Shown in pieces: positions 38,023 through 51,735 of a stretch of DNA of 64,000 nt. The first letter of the stretch is position 1. Each line of letters begins with the position of its first letter. This stretch comes from Octopus sinensis. Taxonomy: Eukaryota. The position numbers and the translations under genes are program-made. The notes under the pieces are model-generated. The model searched no databases. It worked only from the letters and a program-made list of their open reading frames with translations, and was not told the DNA's origin. The stretch lies in assembly GCF_006345805.1 (NCBI RefSeq), contig NC_043019.1:19343360-19407359 (forward strand), read 5' to 3'.

Positions 38023-41000
38023 AGAGGAGGGAAATGAGGGATCTGTAGAGGATGGAAATGAGGGAGATCTGTAGAGGAGGGAAATGAGGGAGATCTGTTA
38101 GGAGGGAAATGAGAGAGATCTGTAAGGAGGGAAATGAGGGAGATCTGTATAGGAGGGAATGAGGAGATCTGTAGAGGAGGAAATGAGAGGGATCTGTAGA
38201 GGAGGGAAATGAGGGAGATCTGTAGAGGAGGGAAATGAGGGAGATCTGTAGAGGATGGAAATGAGGGAGATCTGTATAGGAGGGTTAGGGTTAGGGTTAG
38301 GGTTACTGCAGAGGAGGGAAATGAGGGAGATCTGTAGAGGAGGGAAATGAGAGAGATCTGTAGAGGATGGAAATGAGGGAGATCTGTAGAGGAGGGAAAT
38401 GAGGGAGATCTGTATAGGAGGGAAATGAGGGAGATCTGTAGAGGAGGGAAATGAGGGAGATCTTTAGAGGAGGGAAATGAGGGAGATCTGTAGAGGAGGG
38501 AAATGAGGGAGATCTGTAGAGGAGGGAAATGAGAGAGATCTGTTAAGGAGGGAAATGAGGTATCTGTAGAGGAGGGAAATGAGGGGGATCTGTAGAGGAG
38601 GGAAATGAGGGAGATCTGTAGAGGAGGGAAGTGAGAGGGATCTGTAGAGGAGGGAAATGAGGGAGATCTGTAGAGGAGGGAAATGAGGGAGATCTGTAGA
38701 GGATGGAAATGAGGGAGATCTGTATAGGAGGGAAATGAGGGAGATCTGCAGAGGAGGGAAATGAGGGAGATCTGTAGAGGAGGGAAATGAGAGAGATCTG
38801 TAGAGGAGGGAAATGAGGGAGATCTGTAGAGGAGTGAAATGAGAGAGATCTGTAGGGGAGGGAAATGAGGGAGATCTGTAGAGGAGGGAAATGAGGGAGA
38901 TCTGTATAGGAGGGAAATGAGGGAGATCTGTAGAGGATGGAAATGAGGGAGATCTGTATAGGAGGGAAATAAGAGAGATCTGTAGAGGATGGAAATGAAG
39001 GAGATCTGTAGAGGAGGGAAATGAGAGAGATCAGTAGAGGAGGGAAATGAGGGAGATCTGTAGAGGAGGGAAATGAGAGAGATCTGTAGAGGATGGAAAT
39101 GAGGGAGATCTGTAGAGGAGGGAAATGAGGGAGATCTGTAGAGGAGGGAAATGAGGGAGATCTGTAGAGGAGGGAAATGAGGGAGATCTGTAGAGGAGGG
39201 AAATGAGGGAGATCTGTAGAGGAGGGAAATGAGAGAGATCTGTAGAGGAGGGAAATGAGGGAGATCTGTAGAGGAGGGAAATGAGGGAGATCTGTAGAGG
39301 AGGGAAATGAGGGAGATCTGTAGAGGAGGAAATGAGGAGATCTGTAGAGGAGGGAAATGAGGGAGATCTGTAGAGGAGGGAAATGAGAGATTTGTAGAGA
39401 GGGAATGAGGGAGATCTGTAGAGGAGAGGAAATGAGAAGATCTGTAGAGGAGGGAAATGAGGGAGATCTGTAGAGGAGGGAAATGAGAGAGATCTGTAGA
39501 GGATGGAAATGAGGGAGATCTGTAGAGGAGGGAAATGAGGAGATCTGTATAGGAGGGAATGAGGGAGATCTGTAGAGGAGGGAAATGAAGAGATCTGTAG
39601 GGAGGGAAATGAGGGAGATCTGTAGAGGATGGAAATGAGGGAGATCTGTAGAGGAGGGAAATGAGGGAGATCTGTAGAGGAGGGAAATGAGGGAGATCTG
39701 TAGAGGAGGGAAATGAGAGAGATCTGTAGAGGAGGGAAATGAGGGAGATCTGTAGAGGAGGGAAATGAGAGAGATCTGTAGAGGATGGAAATGAGGGAGA
39801 TCTGTAGAGGAGGGAAATGAGAGAGATCTGTATAGGAGGGAAATGAGGGAGATCTGTAGAGGAGGGAAATGAGAGAGATCTGTAGAGGAGGGAAATGAGG
39901 GAGATCTGTAGAGGAGGGAAATGAGGGAGATCTGTATAGGAGGGAAATGAGGGAGATCTGTATAGGAGGGAAATGAGAGAGATCTGTAGAGGATGGAAAT
40001 GAGGGAGATCTGTAGAGGAGGGAAATGAGGGAGATCTGTAGAGGAGGGGAATGAGGGAGATCTGTATAGGAGGGAAATGAGGGAGATCTGTAGAGGAGGG
40101 AAATGAGAGAGGTCTGTAGAGGAGGGAAATGAGGGAGATCTGTAGAGGAGGGAAATGAGGGAGATCTGTAGAGGAGGAAATGAGGGAGATCTGTAGAGGA
40201 GGGAAATGAGGGAGATCTGTATAGGAGGGAAATGAGGGAGATCTGTAGAGGAGGGAAATGAGAGAGATCTGTAGAGGAGGGAAATGAGGGAGATCTGTAG
40301 AGGAGGGAAATGAGGAGATCTGTAGAGGAGGGAAATGAGGGAGATCTGTAGAGGAGGGAAATGAGGGAGATCTGTAGAGGAGGAAATGAGGGAGATCTGT
40401 ATAGGAGGGAAATGAGGGAGATCTGTAGAGGAGGGAAATGAGGGAGATCTGTAGAGGAGGGAAATGAGGGAGATCTGTATAGGAGGGAAATGAGGGAGAT
40501 CTGTAGAGGAGGGAAATGAGAGAGATCTGTAGAGGAGGGAAATGAGGGAGATCTGTAGAGGAGGGAAATGAGGGAGATCTGTAGAGGATGGAAATGAGGG
40601 AGATCTGTAGAGGAGGGAAATGAGGGAGATCTGTATAGGAGTGAAATGAGGGAGATCTGTAGAGGAGGGAAATGAGAAAGATCTGTAGAGGAGGGAAATG
40701 AGGGATATCTGTAGAGGGGGGAAATGAGAGAGATCTGTAGAGGAGGGAAATGAGGGAAATCTGTAGAGGAGGGAAATGAGGGAGATCTGTAGAGGAGGGA
40801 AATGAGGGAGATCTGTAGAGGAGGGAAATGAGAGAGATCTGTAGAGGAGGAAATGAGGGAGATCTGTAGAGGAGGGAAATGAGGGAGATCTGTAGAGGAG
40901 GGAAATGAGAGAGATCTGTAGAGGAGGGAAATGAGGGAGATCTGTAGAGGATGGAAATGAGGGAGATCTGTAGAGGAGGGAAATGAGGGAGATCTGTAGA

Positions 41001-41341
41001 GGAGGGAAATGAGGGAGATCTGTAGAGGAGGGAAATGAGGGAGATCTGTATAGGAGGGAAATGAGGGAGATCTGTAGAGGAGGGAAATGAGAGAGATCTG
41101 TAGAGGAGGGAAATGAGGGAGATCTGTAGAGGATGGAAATGAGGGAGATCTGTATAGGAGGGAAATGAGAGAGATCTGTAGAGGAGGGAAATGAGGGAGA
41201 TCTGTAGAGGAGGGAAATGAGGGAGATCTGTAGAGGATGGAAATGAGGGAGATCTTTAGAGGAGGGAAATGAGGGAGATCTGTAGAGGAGGGAAATGAGG
41301 GAGATCTGTAGAGGAGGGAAATGAGGGAGATCTGTAGAGGA
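38023..41341. repeat. 26-bp satellite AGGGAAATGAGGGAGATCTGTAGAGG, roughly 125-130 units
   Basis: Read directly; recurring variants (gagaga, tatagg, gatgga); strongly purine-biased plus strand. Confidence 0.97.
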
Positions 41342-41680
41342 AGGATATACAGTGACATATATGTTGAAGATCATGGAAGGTCTTGCTCTCGACTTTGGTA
41401 CTGAAGTCTATACTAACCACAAACTGAATGCCACTGCAGAGTACCAAAGATCTTGTCATCTCCATCTAGAGTAAGGACACAGTCCTGTAACAGCTTAAGT
41501 TTCAAGGGCCCACAACTTTCCAACACTCAGCCAAACAACCTCAGAGATTTGCAAGGTGTAGATGAGGATGTTTTCAAAGAATATTTGGACTAATTTTTTA
41601 CTGAGGCCGACTCAACCCGCCCAGGGTGAATGTCGCCACAAGTACAAGTACCTGATGAACTAATATCATGGCAGGAAACA
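41342..41680 (+). mobile_element. CR1-clade LINE C-terminal fragment
   Basis: RYTVTYMLKIMEGLA...NSLSFKGPQL...NLRDLQGVDEDVFKEYLD, homologous to 36360-36620. Confidence 0.8.
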
Positions 41681-41899
41681 GAAAAAGCAGCCCTATCCAA
41701 CTCGCTACTTTACCAGAAATAATTCCAGAGAGAAAACCAGGAAACGTAAAATGTATATATACACAAACATGTTTCCTGGAAACATGTATTTTTGGGAAGA
41801 TCTAACACCTGCTTGATCTTGGCCATCAGCTCAGCCTTAGTGTTGCAGGAAGAGCAGTTGGTGCCTTTCTCAATTGTGCCCTAATCACAGTAATTCATG

Positions 41900-42335
41900 G
41901 GTTTACAGTTGGGGGAAATAAGAGGCCAGAAATTGGGGCTGGTGAAGTTACAGAAATTTTCCAACAACCACCTCTGAATCGCTCTGTAGATATGGCAACG
42001 TACTGAATTCTTCTGCCACACATATAGTCCTCCAGCAGCAAAACTCTCTAGCCAGGATTTTTACCACAGTCTCCATCAGTTTCACATAGCCATCTGAATT
42101 GAGCTGAAGGACCAGTTCAAAGGTAGGGTGGCATGATGTCAGCCTCACTCAAGACCCAATCAAAGACCAGTTTTCTTGGTTTTTGCATGTGTGACACCTG
42201 TTCTGGCTGTTCTGCAACTAATCCAGGCAGAAGTTCTTTTCACCTGAGAAGAACCAGATCATCCCTGGCTCAACACGATGCCTCAGTTTGTCCAACAGCT
42301 TCTTCACCTTTGTCAAGTAGTTCTCCAGGTCTTGA
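41900..42335 (-). mobile_element. Decayed Tc1/maT(DD37D)-like transposase relic
   Basis: Manual minus-strand translation: LLDKLRH..EPGMIWFFSGE...GLYVWQKNS..CH....Q.WLLENF resembles the FFSDEK and YVWQQDSAPCH motifs. Confidence 0.6.
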
Positions 42336-42359
42336 CTGTCAGATTATTATTGTAATTAC

Positions 42360-42398
<39 letters not shown>

Positions 42399-43522
42399 AC
42401 ACATACATGCATGCATTTATATGTATGATAGGTAATAACATATCAAATGGATATAAGATGATAGGTGTATACAATGAGTGCTCAGACTGAATCCATGCTC
42501 AAACTGCAAAAGAGCAGGAATGCAAGATTTACTTCAATAACAATTGGCTTTAGGCAAATATTTCTCTTCAATATGTTATAAACTGATTTGATGCCTGGTG
42601 ACCAGCCGTTTTGGTTTTGGTTCTGTTCTGGTGTGTGTGTGTGTGTTTGAGTAAAGTTTTGTGGCTCAGTGCTTAGGGTATGTGACTCACAATCTTAAGG
42701 GCTGAGTTCAATACTTGGTGGGTTCGTTGTGTCCTTGAGCTAGATACTTTATTGTCATATTGTCCCAGTCTACTCAACAGGCAAAAATGAGTTGTTCTGC
42801 ATCAATACTGATCCTCTCTGGGGACTTATGCTAAGGGTACGCGAGACTGTGGAGTACTCAGCCACTTGCATGTTAATTTCATGATGAGCAAGCTGTCACA
42901 TTAACTGGATTAACTGGAACCCTGATTTCGTAATGAGCAGAGTGCCAGTTATGTATGTGTGTGTGTGTGTGCATGTGTGTGTATGTTTGTATGTATGTAT
43001 GTATGTATGTATGCATGTATGTATGTATGTATGTATGCATGATGTATGTATGTGTGTATGTATGTATGTATGTATGTATGTATGTATGTATGTATGTATG
43101 TATGTATGTATGTGTGTGTGTGTATGTATGTGTATGTATACACACATGCACGCATGCCCACACACACACATATAATCATTCAAAAGAAAGTACGAAAATG
43201 GAGATAGAGCATTTAATAAAAATTTATTATCTGCAAAAATCAAAAATAGTCCCTAACAGCTGTTTTAATTAACCCTAAAAGATTAAATAGCAATAATTAA
43301 AATCATTATATCAGGCAAAATCTGTTCAGAGGGGAAGAAAAAAGATACATCATTAGGTTTTACCATATGTTGTATATTAGAATCCTCACAGCAGAATCAT
43401 GTATATATACATACATATCCACATGCATGATACTTCTTTTCTGTTGAAGAACGTTTATATAGATATATATATTTACATACAGATACACACATAAACATAT
43501 ATACATACATGCTACATATATA

Positions 43523-43553
<31 letters not shown>

Positions 43554-43755
43554 TTATAATATTGTCATCATCATCGTTTAACGTCCGTTTTCCATGCTAG
43601 CATGGGTTGGACGATTTTGACTGAAAACTGGCGAGCCAGGTGGTTGCACCAGGCTCCAATCTTGAACTGGCAGAGTTTCTACAGCTGGATGCCCTTCCTA
43701 ACTCCAACCACTCTAAGAGTGTAGCGGGTGCTTTTTACGTGCCACCGGCATGGGG

Positions 43756-43815
<60 letters not shown>

Positions 43816-43829
43816 CATATATCCATTCA

Positions 43830-44330
43830 CCATAGTGGCATAAGTTGGACAGTTTGCCAGCTTAAGAGCTGCACCAGGCTCCTTTTTTGTCTGTACTGGT
43901 TTGGTTTCTATGGCTGGATACCTTTCTTAATACCAACCACTTTACAGATTATACAGGGCGCTTTTAATGTGGTACCGGCACAAGCACTTTTATGTGGAAG
44001 CAGCATGGGTGCTTTTATGTGGTGCCTGCAAGACTAGGACCTCTCAGATGAGAGAGGACATGCCTGTATGTATGGATGGCCATGACTTTACTTAAATTGA
44101 CATATCTTTTCAAGCATAGTAAACCACCAGAAGTCTTGGCCCTTTGTCATGTCCTCTGTGGAGCCCAACATCTGAAGATCCTTTCTCCCTGCTTCGTCCC
44201 ATGTCTTCCTGGGTCTACCTCTTCCACAGGTTCCTTCCACAATTAGAGATAAGAACTTCTTGATGCAAGTGTCCTTATCCATACGCATCACATGACCATA
44301 CTAGTACAATCTTCTCTCTTGCATGCTTAC
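43830..44330 (-). mobile_element. RTE LINE RT C-terminus and 3' UTR
   Basis: GHVMRMDKDTCIKK...VEGTCGRGRPRKTWDE. Confidence 0.85.
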
Positions 44331-46479
44331 ATTTCATGCCTTATAGACCCGATTTTTCTCTCAAACCAAATACACACACGTCTGGCTATTTGGCAATGCG
44401 AAGGGAGAGTCTTTGTATTGTGGCACTGAGGCTTGATGTAGCAACAAACTGTGAAAACTGTTGGTGTTGCCTTCTTCCCTGACACAATTCTCAATGAATA
44501 CATGACTTTATCGACAACAAAGTCCACACCTGCCAGACACATATTTAGGCGGCCAACGAGGAAACCTGTATAACGTTAGGTCAGTCGATTGAACCCCAGC
44601 ATGGCCGCAGTCCAATGATTGAAACAAGTGAAAGATAGTAATAGCTGAGAAACCTTCTGTCATATGAATTTCATTAGAGCTGACCAACGGTCGAACAATG
44701 TAACCTTAAATACCTCTAAAAAGACGGGATGGTCACAGTGGAATGCTCTACGTGGTCACTCATCCTGGTAGAAATAGCAGCCAAATATCTCTTGATCACA
44801 CCCTACTGTCTAAAATAAGGGAAAACACTACACAATGTTTTCGATACCAGTAAAAGGAGTGGTTGGTTACGGTTAGAATGCCTTTCGTCATACGTCTGCT
44901 TAATCGAGGCAGACCAAGGGTTAAACAACAACACGTTCAAGACTGATAGTCGGGTTTAGGGAAACTAAATCTTCTCCTCAATCATAAAAACCTATCTCCA
45001 CCGCCAGAGCTAAGTTATCACAAAACTTACACACACACAACACACACACACACACACACACATATGGGGATTACTTTGTTGCGAAAGATGAACCACATGT
45101 CATCATCAACTAAATAGACTATTCCGTCCTTTTCTCAGGCATGGTGTATCTAAGGGTACTCCCTTTTATGATGGTAAAATGTAATTTGAGAAAAATTTGG
45201 CTACTATTTCCAGTAGGATTAGCAACTATATAGAGCGACACCCCGGCCCGGCTCCCTCCGTCACCTGAGAAGTGATGAGAATGGTGAAGATGGAAAGATC
45301 ACAGCCTGAATCGATATAATATGACTGGTATTTCATACATCGATAATCTTCCTTCGCCCACCTTTGTATAGCATAAAGATTTACGACTGGGATTCGAACG
45401 CATATGCAGTAAATAAACTGATGGAGCCTCTACGTAACTGCTCCAGCGATCTGCAAGAAACAACAGCCAGATATGTCTCCAATAACACCCTAACGCTTTA
45501 TAAAGGGATAAGATATTTAGCAATAGTTCCAGACACACAGAATAACTAAATGGTCACGGCTGAAACGCCTTTTATCGTAGGTGTACTACACGGGGCTAGC
45601 CATACTCAAGAACACTGACCATCAAGCCAACAACGAAGCCTCTTATGAAAGGGTAGAAATGGCAGCTAAATCTCCTTTAAATCTTACCATACATTCTTAA
45701 GAAAAGAAGAAAACCTTGGAATAGGCAAAGAAAAAAAAATGGTTATGGTAATAGCTGGGATGGCTTTTATGGTAGGGCTTTTTTTTTTCAAAAAAGGCTG
45801 ACTCTGGGTTGTAGTAGCATCCACAAATAATAAATGTTAACAGGAGGTGAACTAACAGAATCGTTAGATCGTCGCACGAAATACCGCATGGTATTTAATT
45901 ACGGCCTTTATGTTTTCATTTCATAATCCCGCTCAGGTCCACTTTATTTTTCATCCCTCCTGGGTCGAAGAAATAAAGGACCAATCGAGTAGAGAAATCA
46001 ATTTATATTAATATTCTTATGAAATGCTTACTCGATGTGAATGGAATTATAATAGAGAAAATACAGCAATAATAGGCGTGTAACGTTGACGATAATAACA
46101 AAGAAGAGCTAAAAGCAGAAATAATGAGAACTATAAAGATATTATGTAGAGCATTCAAATGCATTTACACATACCTTGGAATAACAGCTTATCCTTCTTG
46201 CAAAAACCTCCAGCTGATGGTGGAATGAATGATTAAGACAAATGATTAACACTTGGTATGTGTGTGTGAGTATGTGCAGTTGTTTGAGAAGACACCGTGG
46301 CTAGTTTGTTATTGTTGCAGGGAGTTGGACAGAACAAGCATCCTGTGTCCATAGCACGTGGAATAAAAGCAACAGTTGCCGTTTCTCTTCTGATCCCGCT
46401 AATTTTCAATGACTATTTTTCTAGCTATCTAACTGTATTTATGGAGCTCTGATTGTCTATCTTATCCAACCTCTCCCTG

Positions 46480-47455
46480 ACTATCTTATCTACCTTTCTC
46501 TTTCTGTCGACCTTTCTATATCCATCTAACCATCAATATATATATTACCACTACGTCAACTACTTGTAAACCAAGGAACAAATGTTTTCGATTTACTCTC
46601 CTCACCTCATCTCTTTCTTTCTTTCTTTCACTTTCACTTTCTAACCATTTCTCTCTTTTGAAATTTCTCTTCTTTCTTCCCCGTTCTTTTCTCTTCCTCC
46701 ACCCTTTATTATTTTCTTTCTCTATCCCACATTTAATGACGTATTAATCACCTTTCATTCTGCTCCCCCCCCACTCTCTTTCAATCTTTCAATATTTATT
46801 ACGTGTCCTGCCTCTCACTCTCACCCATTCTCTCTCACTCTCTCCTTCCCTCTCAACATTATCCTTCCTTCCTACGCTAGTTATTGATTTTCTCTATCAT
46901 TCTCTTCGCTGTCATCCTTCCACTTGTCCTCCATTCTTCCCTAGCCCCTACTATATCCCGTTTATTTTACCACTTCCTCTCTTTCTCTCTATTTATCTAT
47001 CTAGACCGATTATTTTCCCTCCATTCGATCTGTAATGTTATCAGCTTGCCCTACTTCTCTCTCTCTCTCTTTCTTTCCCTCTCTTAATCTTCTTGCCGTC
47101 TCTTCATCGATTCCCCACGCTGTTTTCTTATCACTTTTTCATTCATTTCACATTTCTCACTCCCCCACCTCTCTCTCTCAATCTCTCTCCTCTCCCTCTC
47201 TTAATCTTTCTCCTCTCCCCCTCTCTCTTTCTCTCTAATATAACCACCTCTGGTTCCTATTTCATTCAATTAATTGATTCCCTAACCCCCACCCTCCATA
47301 AATCTCTCTCGGTTTCAATTTCCCTCCGTTAGATACCTCCGCCCACCTCTTCCACACCCCAGCTACATTTTCTTCCTCTTTCTTCACTGTCGCTCCTCCT
47401 CTGTCTCTCGTTTTCTTTCTCTCTCTCTCTCTCTCACTCTACTACTACTACTACT
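46480..47455 (+). repeat. About 1-kb CT-rich polypyrimidine low-complexity tract
   Basis: Read directly; ends in (CT)n(ACT)n. Confidence 0.85.
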
Positions 47456-48859
47456 TCCACGAGGTCTCCTCTGCGTCAGGCACGGGCAGCCTTTTTTGAG
47501 AAGTCGGTTGCATGAGGGATGGCTCATCATTAGTTAGGTATTCCACACTACTAAAAAATATTCAGGGTAATTTTTTTGTTGCTGTGCCATTCAGAAAGTC
47601 CCATGGTCCGCAGTTTGTCCATGACTGCTCCATTTGGTCCATTTAACCAGCTAGAAACTGCAGCCAAATCATGATACATTGCGAATTACTCATCTACTAA
47701 TAGAGTCCTTAAAAGTGTCACGAAGTATAGTTAATATTGTCACAATAGACACAGAATAAAGGATATGAGTTGCTGGTGGTTGAATTAGGTGCAGGTTGCA
47801 TAAAATGAATGCATGACACTCATGAACAACAATTAACAGAAGTTTATTTCACTGCACAAATATTTTTTATTTGGTCATGAATTTAAAATGTGTCAACAAA
47901 GAACAACATTGGAAGGACAGTTCAAAAGAAGGCTTTGTAAATAAGCTGCCATGACAGGAGAAAATATACCACGCTGGTTCATGACAGCAAACTATAGCTG
48001 CTGTCTGTTAGGTTGAGTAAGAAATCATTAGCTCAGCTACAGTTGCCCACAGGCTGAGACGAGATGAGATGTGAGAGATGAATTGGTTGATCTCTGAGCA
48101 AATATGCCTGGCATCAGTGGAGATGCATTTCATTTGGTTATCTTCGACACTCTGCAAAGTTGGTGCTGAAAGCATACCGAGGCCTTGTAAAGGGATGTTC
48201 CAGAAAAGTTTTGAATATTGTATCATGTTATGTCTCAATGCTGATTGGTTCATAACTTGGCTGATCACATGAAAAGGCTGTTAATAAGTTGTGATTTTAC
48301 TTGGCAATTTGGTTTTGAATCTTGCTAGAAAAGAATAAAATTACTTTGATGAATATTTGACCAGGGTTTGAATTATATGAAAAATGATGTTTTGATCAAT
48401 TTGTATAATCATATTTCTTAAGAATAAATAACTTTTAAGAGCTGGCTTGAATGTGTGGTTCTGAAGCTTGCCTCCCAACCATGTGGTCTGGGGTTCAGTC
48501 CCACTGTATGGCATCTTGGGCAAGTGTCTTCTACTATAGCCCTAGGTCAACCAAAGCTTTGTGAGTGGATTTAGTAGATGGAAACTGAAAAAAAGAAACA
48601 GTTATGTGTGTGTGTGTGTGTGTGTAGTTAGATAGATTGATTGATAAATAGATAGATTTATATACATATACACACATACATATATATATGTATATATCAT
48701 CATCATCATCATCATTTAACATCCATTGTCCATGCTTGAAACAAGAGTAAAACTGATAACTTATTTGAATCTTGCTCACTGATGTTTGTTTGGAAGTTGT
48801 GGGGCCTTCAGCTGGACAGACACGAATGGAAAGGTAAATATATTTTTAAAAACAGTTTA

Positions 48860-49060
48860 CATCGTAGCCCTAGCTGATGAGGATTTAATGTCGATTCAGC
48901 ACAGAAAGTGAACTTAATTGATACCGGGATACCTACCTTCCTGTTTGTGGTTTTACAAACTGGAACCGTTTCTTCTATGCACAAGTTGCATCTTGTACCT
49001 CCTGTTATAAGGTACAGTCATGTTAATTTTTTCTCATTTTATACTAAAGTTAGCGTTTCT
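48860..49060 (-). mobile_element. Penelope-like C-terminal fragment
   Basis: Minus strand PYN..GTRCNLCIEE resembles the PLE PY...CNLCLxEK motif. Confidence 0.5.
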
Positions 49061-49429
49061 ATCTTTAAGGGTCCAGACAAATGAATTCAAATCGGTATTA
49101 TGCATTTTAGACATATTCTTGAATGCCAATGAAGTTAAATACAAAATTCTTATAAACAAACCAAGTTTCTAAATCTCCCCCTCCCTTTCTTTTTATATCT
49201 GAAAACTGTAGTAAAATAGTGAAATTAGTGAAATTCATTAGCCATGCATAAATAAAATCAGTTTGCTTTAAACCACATTTGCGGACATAACCTGCATGAA
49301 AGTGCAGAGCTGAAAATAGAGGGTTGCAAATCCTCTAGGCAGCAGAAATATATCCCATTTGTATAAACCAATTATGCTGTAAAATTAACTGTAAAAATAA
49401 AAATGCAAAAAAGAAAAATTTGAAGATGT

Positions 49430-50915
49430 ACCAGTCTCCATTGGTCTCTATGAACAATTTCCTAACATCTCTGGTGGTCTATACAGAGATGATGCTCTGT
49501 TTGCAATCCAAAATTCTAGCAACTGGATAATTGAGCAGACTAGAAGAAGATTAGTCTTTTTAAAAGCATTGACCTCAGCATCTCCTTCTGTAACAACGTT
49601 AAAACTGCTAATTTCTTAGATGTAACCCTGGACTTGCAAAACCAAAACTTCTACCCATACGACGAACCTAGAGAAAACCTCCACTATGTGAACTTCTCCG
49701 CCAACATCACCCTCTCTCCTAAAATCTATTGTGGAAAACATTTCCTACTGGATTTCTTCCCTATCCGTTAATGAGGATTTCTTTGATCAATATGCTGAAT
49801 ATTACAATCATGCTCTACCTTGTGCTGGATATAACCACTCAATTCAATACATTCCCATGTGGGATACTCCTGTCTCCACTAAACCCAGAACTGAAACCAG
49901 CCCCACACCCCCATAAAATCCCCCCTATGTCACCCGTCTGATACTGGTCCAAATTTCAGAGTACCAGACGACCTAACTAATTATCCTCCTATCAGGTGAC
50001 CCCAGATCCTTTATACATTGCAATTTACTGAAACAGACACAAGTATACACCTCCAAAACTCTATCTTCACCCAGTTAATCCCATTAATTGAACTAAACGA
50101 ACTAGAACCTGGGATGTTATCTGGTTTTTTCCCACCTTTTGCCCTTAATATTCAGGCTTGAGTACCCAAACTGTTCTTCACCCTACTTGAAAAAACATTT
50201 CCCTAAATCTAGCCCCCTTAGAAAAATATTTAATCCCATTGCTAAAGTTATCCGACATCTTAACCACAAGAAACTCAGAAACCCTCAGCTAGCTGACTTT
50301 CACTCTCATAAATTAACTCAGCATAAGCCCCAGCTCCATACATATAAACTCAATATATCAATTGACCCCACTTAACACTAGCCGTCATAATTCCAACTAT
50401 GATTCCACTGATTACAACCAATCCTTAAATTTACCACAACACCCAAATAGAGAACAACACAGAGGATACTACCAGACGCAATAATTATCATTTTATACAA
50501 CTCCACCACACCACCCTCAACTCCTTAACAAATACTAATCTTAATGTCAGCAATAATAACAAACCTAACACAGGGACCTCACTAAATAGCAATCCCCTCA
50601 CAAACCTGCTACAAACCTATGCTACTGCAAATGCCCAACCTCCTGTCCTTTAAATAACCGCTGTCTCACAAAAAATATTGTATATAAGTGTACAATATCA
50701 ACTGCCAACTGTAACTACATATATATTGGCTCATGTAGCACCACCTTCAAAGGTAGAGTGAACAACCATGACTCTAGCTTCAAGTCCCAAACAAAATCCA
50801 ACAGTACATTGTTATCTCAGCTTGCCAATAAACTAAAGTTTGAATCAACTCCTTACACTCTCAAGTAGTCCATAGTGACCTGCATCAAGCCATACAGCAG
50901 CTATAATAACAAGTG
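49430..50915 (+). mobile_element. Decayed Penelope-like element (RT and GIY-YIG)
   Basis: GLYRDDALFAI, NFLDVTLDL..QNFYPY, YNHALPCAGY, YIGSCSTTFKGRVNNH, KPYSSYNNKCDLYIAE. Confidence 0.85.
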
Positions 50916-50929
50916 TGATCTCTACATAG

Positions 50930-51130
50930 CTGAGATCACAGGGGCAGGTATTCATCAGGGTTCAGTTCTCAATCCCCTCCTATTTATTATCATCCTCCAA
51001 GTCATAACAGAGGAATACAAGACTGGCTACCCCCGGGAACTGTTATATGCTGATGATCTTGCTCAAATAATAGATTCTTTAACAGAACCAGAAGAGAAAT
51101 TTCAGGTGTGGAATCAAAACTTGGAATCAG
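50930..51130 (+). mobile_element. RTE LINE RT core fragment
   Basis: GIHQGSVLNPLLFIII...ELLYADDLA. Confidence 0.85.
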
Positions 51131-51735
51131 AGGACTGCACCAAGCTACACTATCTCTTTTGGCCTGGTTGTTACTGTTGGATACCCTACCTGACACCAAC
51201 CATGTTACAGAGCGGAGTGGGTACATTTTACATGGCACCAGCACTGGGAAAGTCTGTTTTTGGCATGTTTTTATGGTTGGATGCCCTTCCTAATGCCAAC
51301 AATTTTACAGAGTGGGTTGGGTGCTTTTTTTACATGGCACCAGTACTGGTTAAATTACCAAGTAACTTGCTGGGCAAAAATCTTTTGAGGGAGATTGGGT
51401 ACTGGAAGAGGTGGTCTTGTGCCAGGTAACAAGAAACAGAGAATGCCAGTGGGAGAGAAACAGGTGTGTTGCTGTAGAGGATATATATATGGTAACGTGC
51501 CAGGGCATATTCTCAAAGTACAGAGATGAGAATATAAATTGGATGGTAGAGCAATACCAAGAGTGCATGAGTAGGGAGTTCCTATGAATGCAAAAGGTGG
51601 TGGGGGATGCAGTGACTTGTGAAACCAAGTTATATAGATGGGGAGGGTGACAGGGTAGCAATGGTACAGTTGGCAGGAAGAGGAAAGAAAGAGATGAAGG
51701 GGAGAGGAAGAGAAGAGCAGAAGAGGAGATGTGGT

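Noticed and set aside
38023-41341. CRISPR-like appearance of the regular repeat
   Set aside because: There are no unique spacers and no cas genes, and the context is eukaryotic.
38543-41374. 943-aa and 775-aa minus-strand ORFs
   Set aside because: They are translations of the 26-bp satellite, whose minus strand lacks stops; the 26-aa period is three repeat units.
48868-48910. ctgatgag motif near a Penelope fragment
   Set aside because: No stem II or GAAA geometry; a 7-mer is expected by chance.
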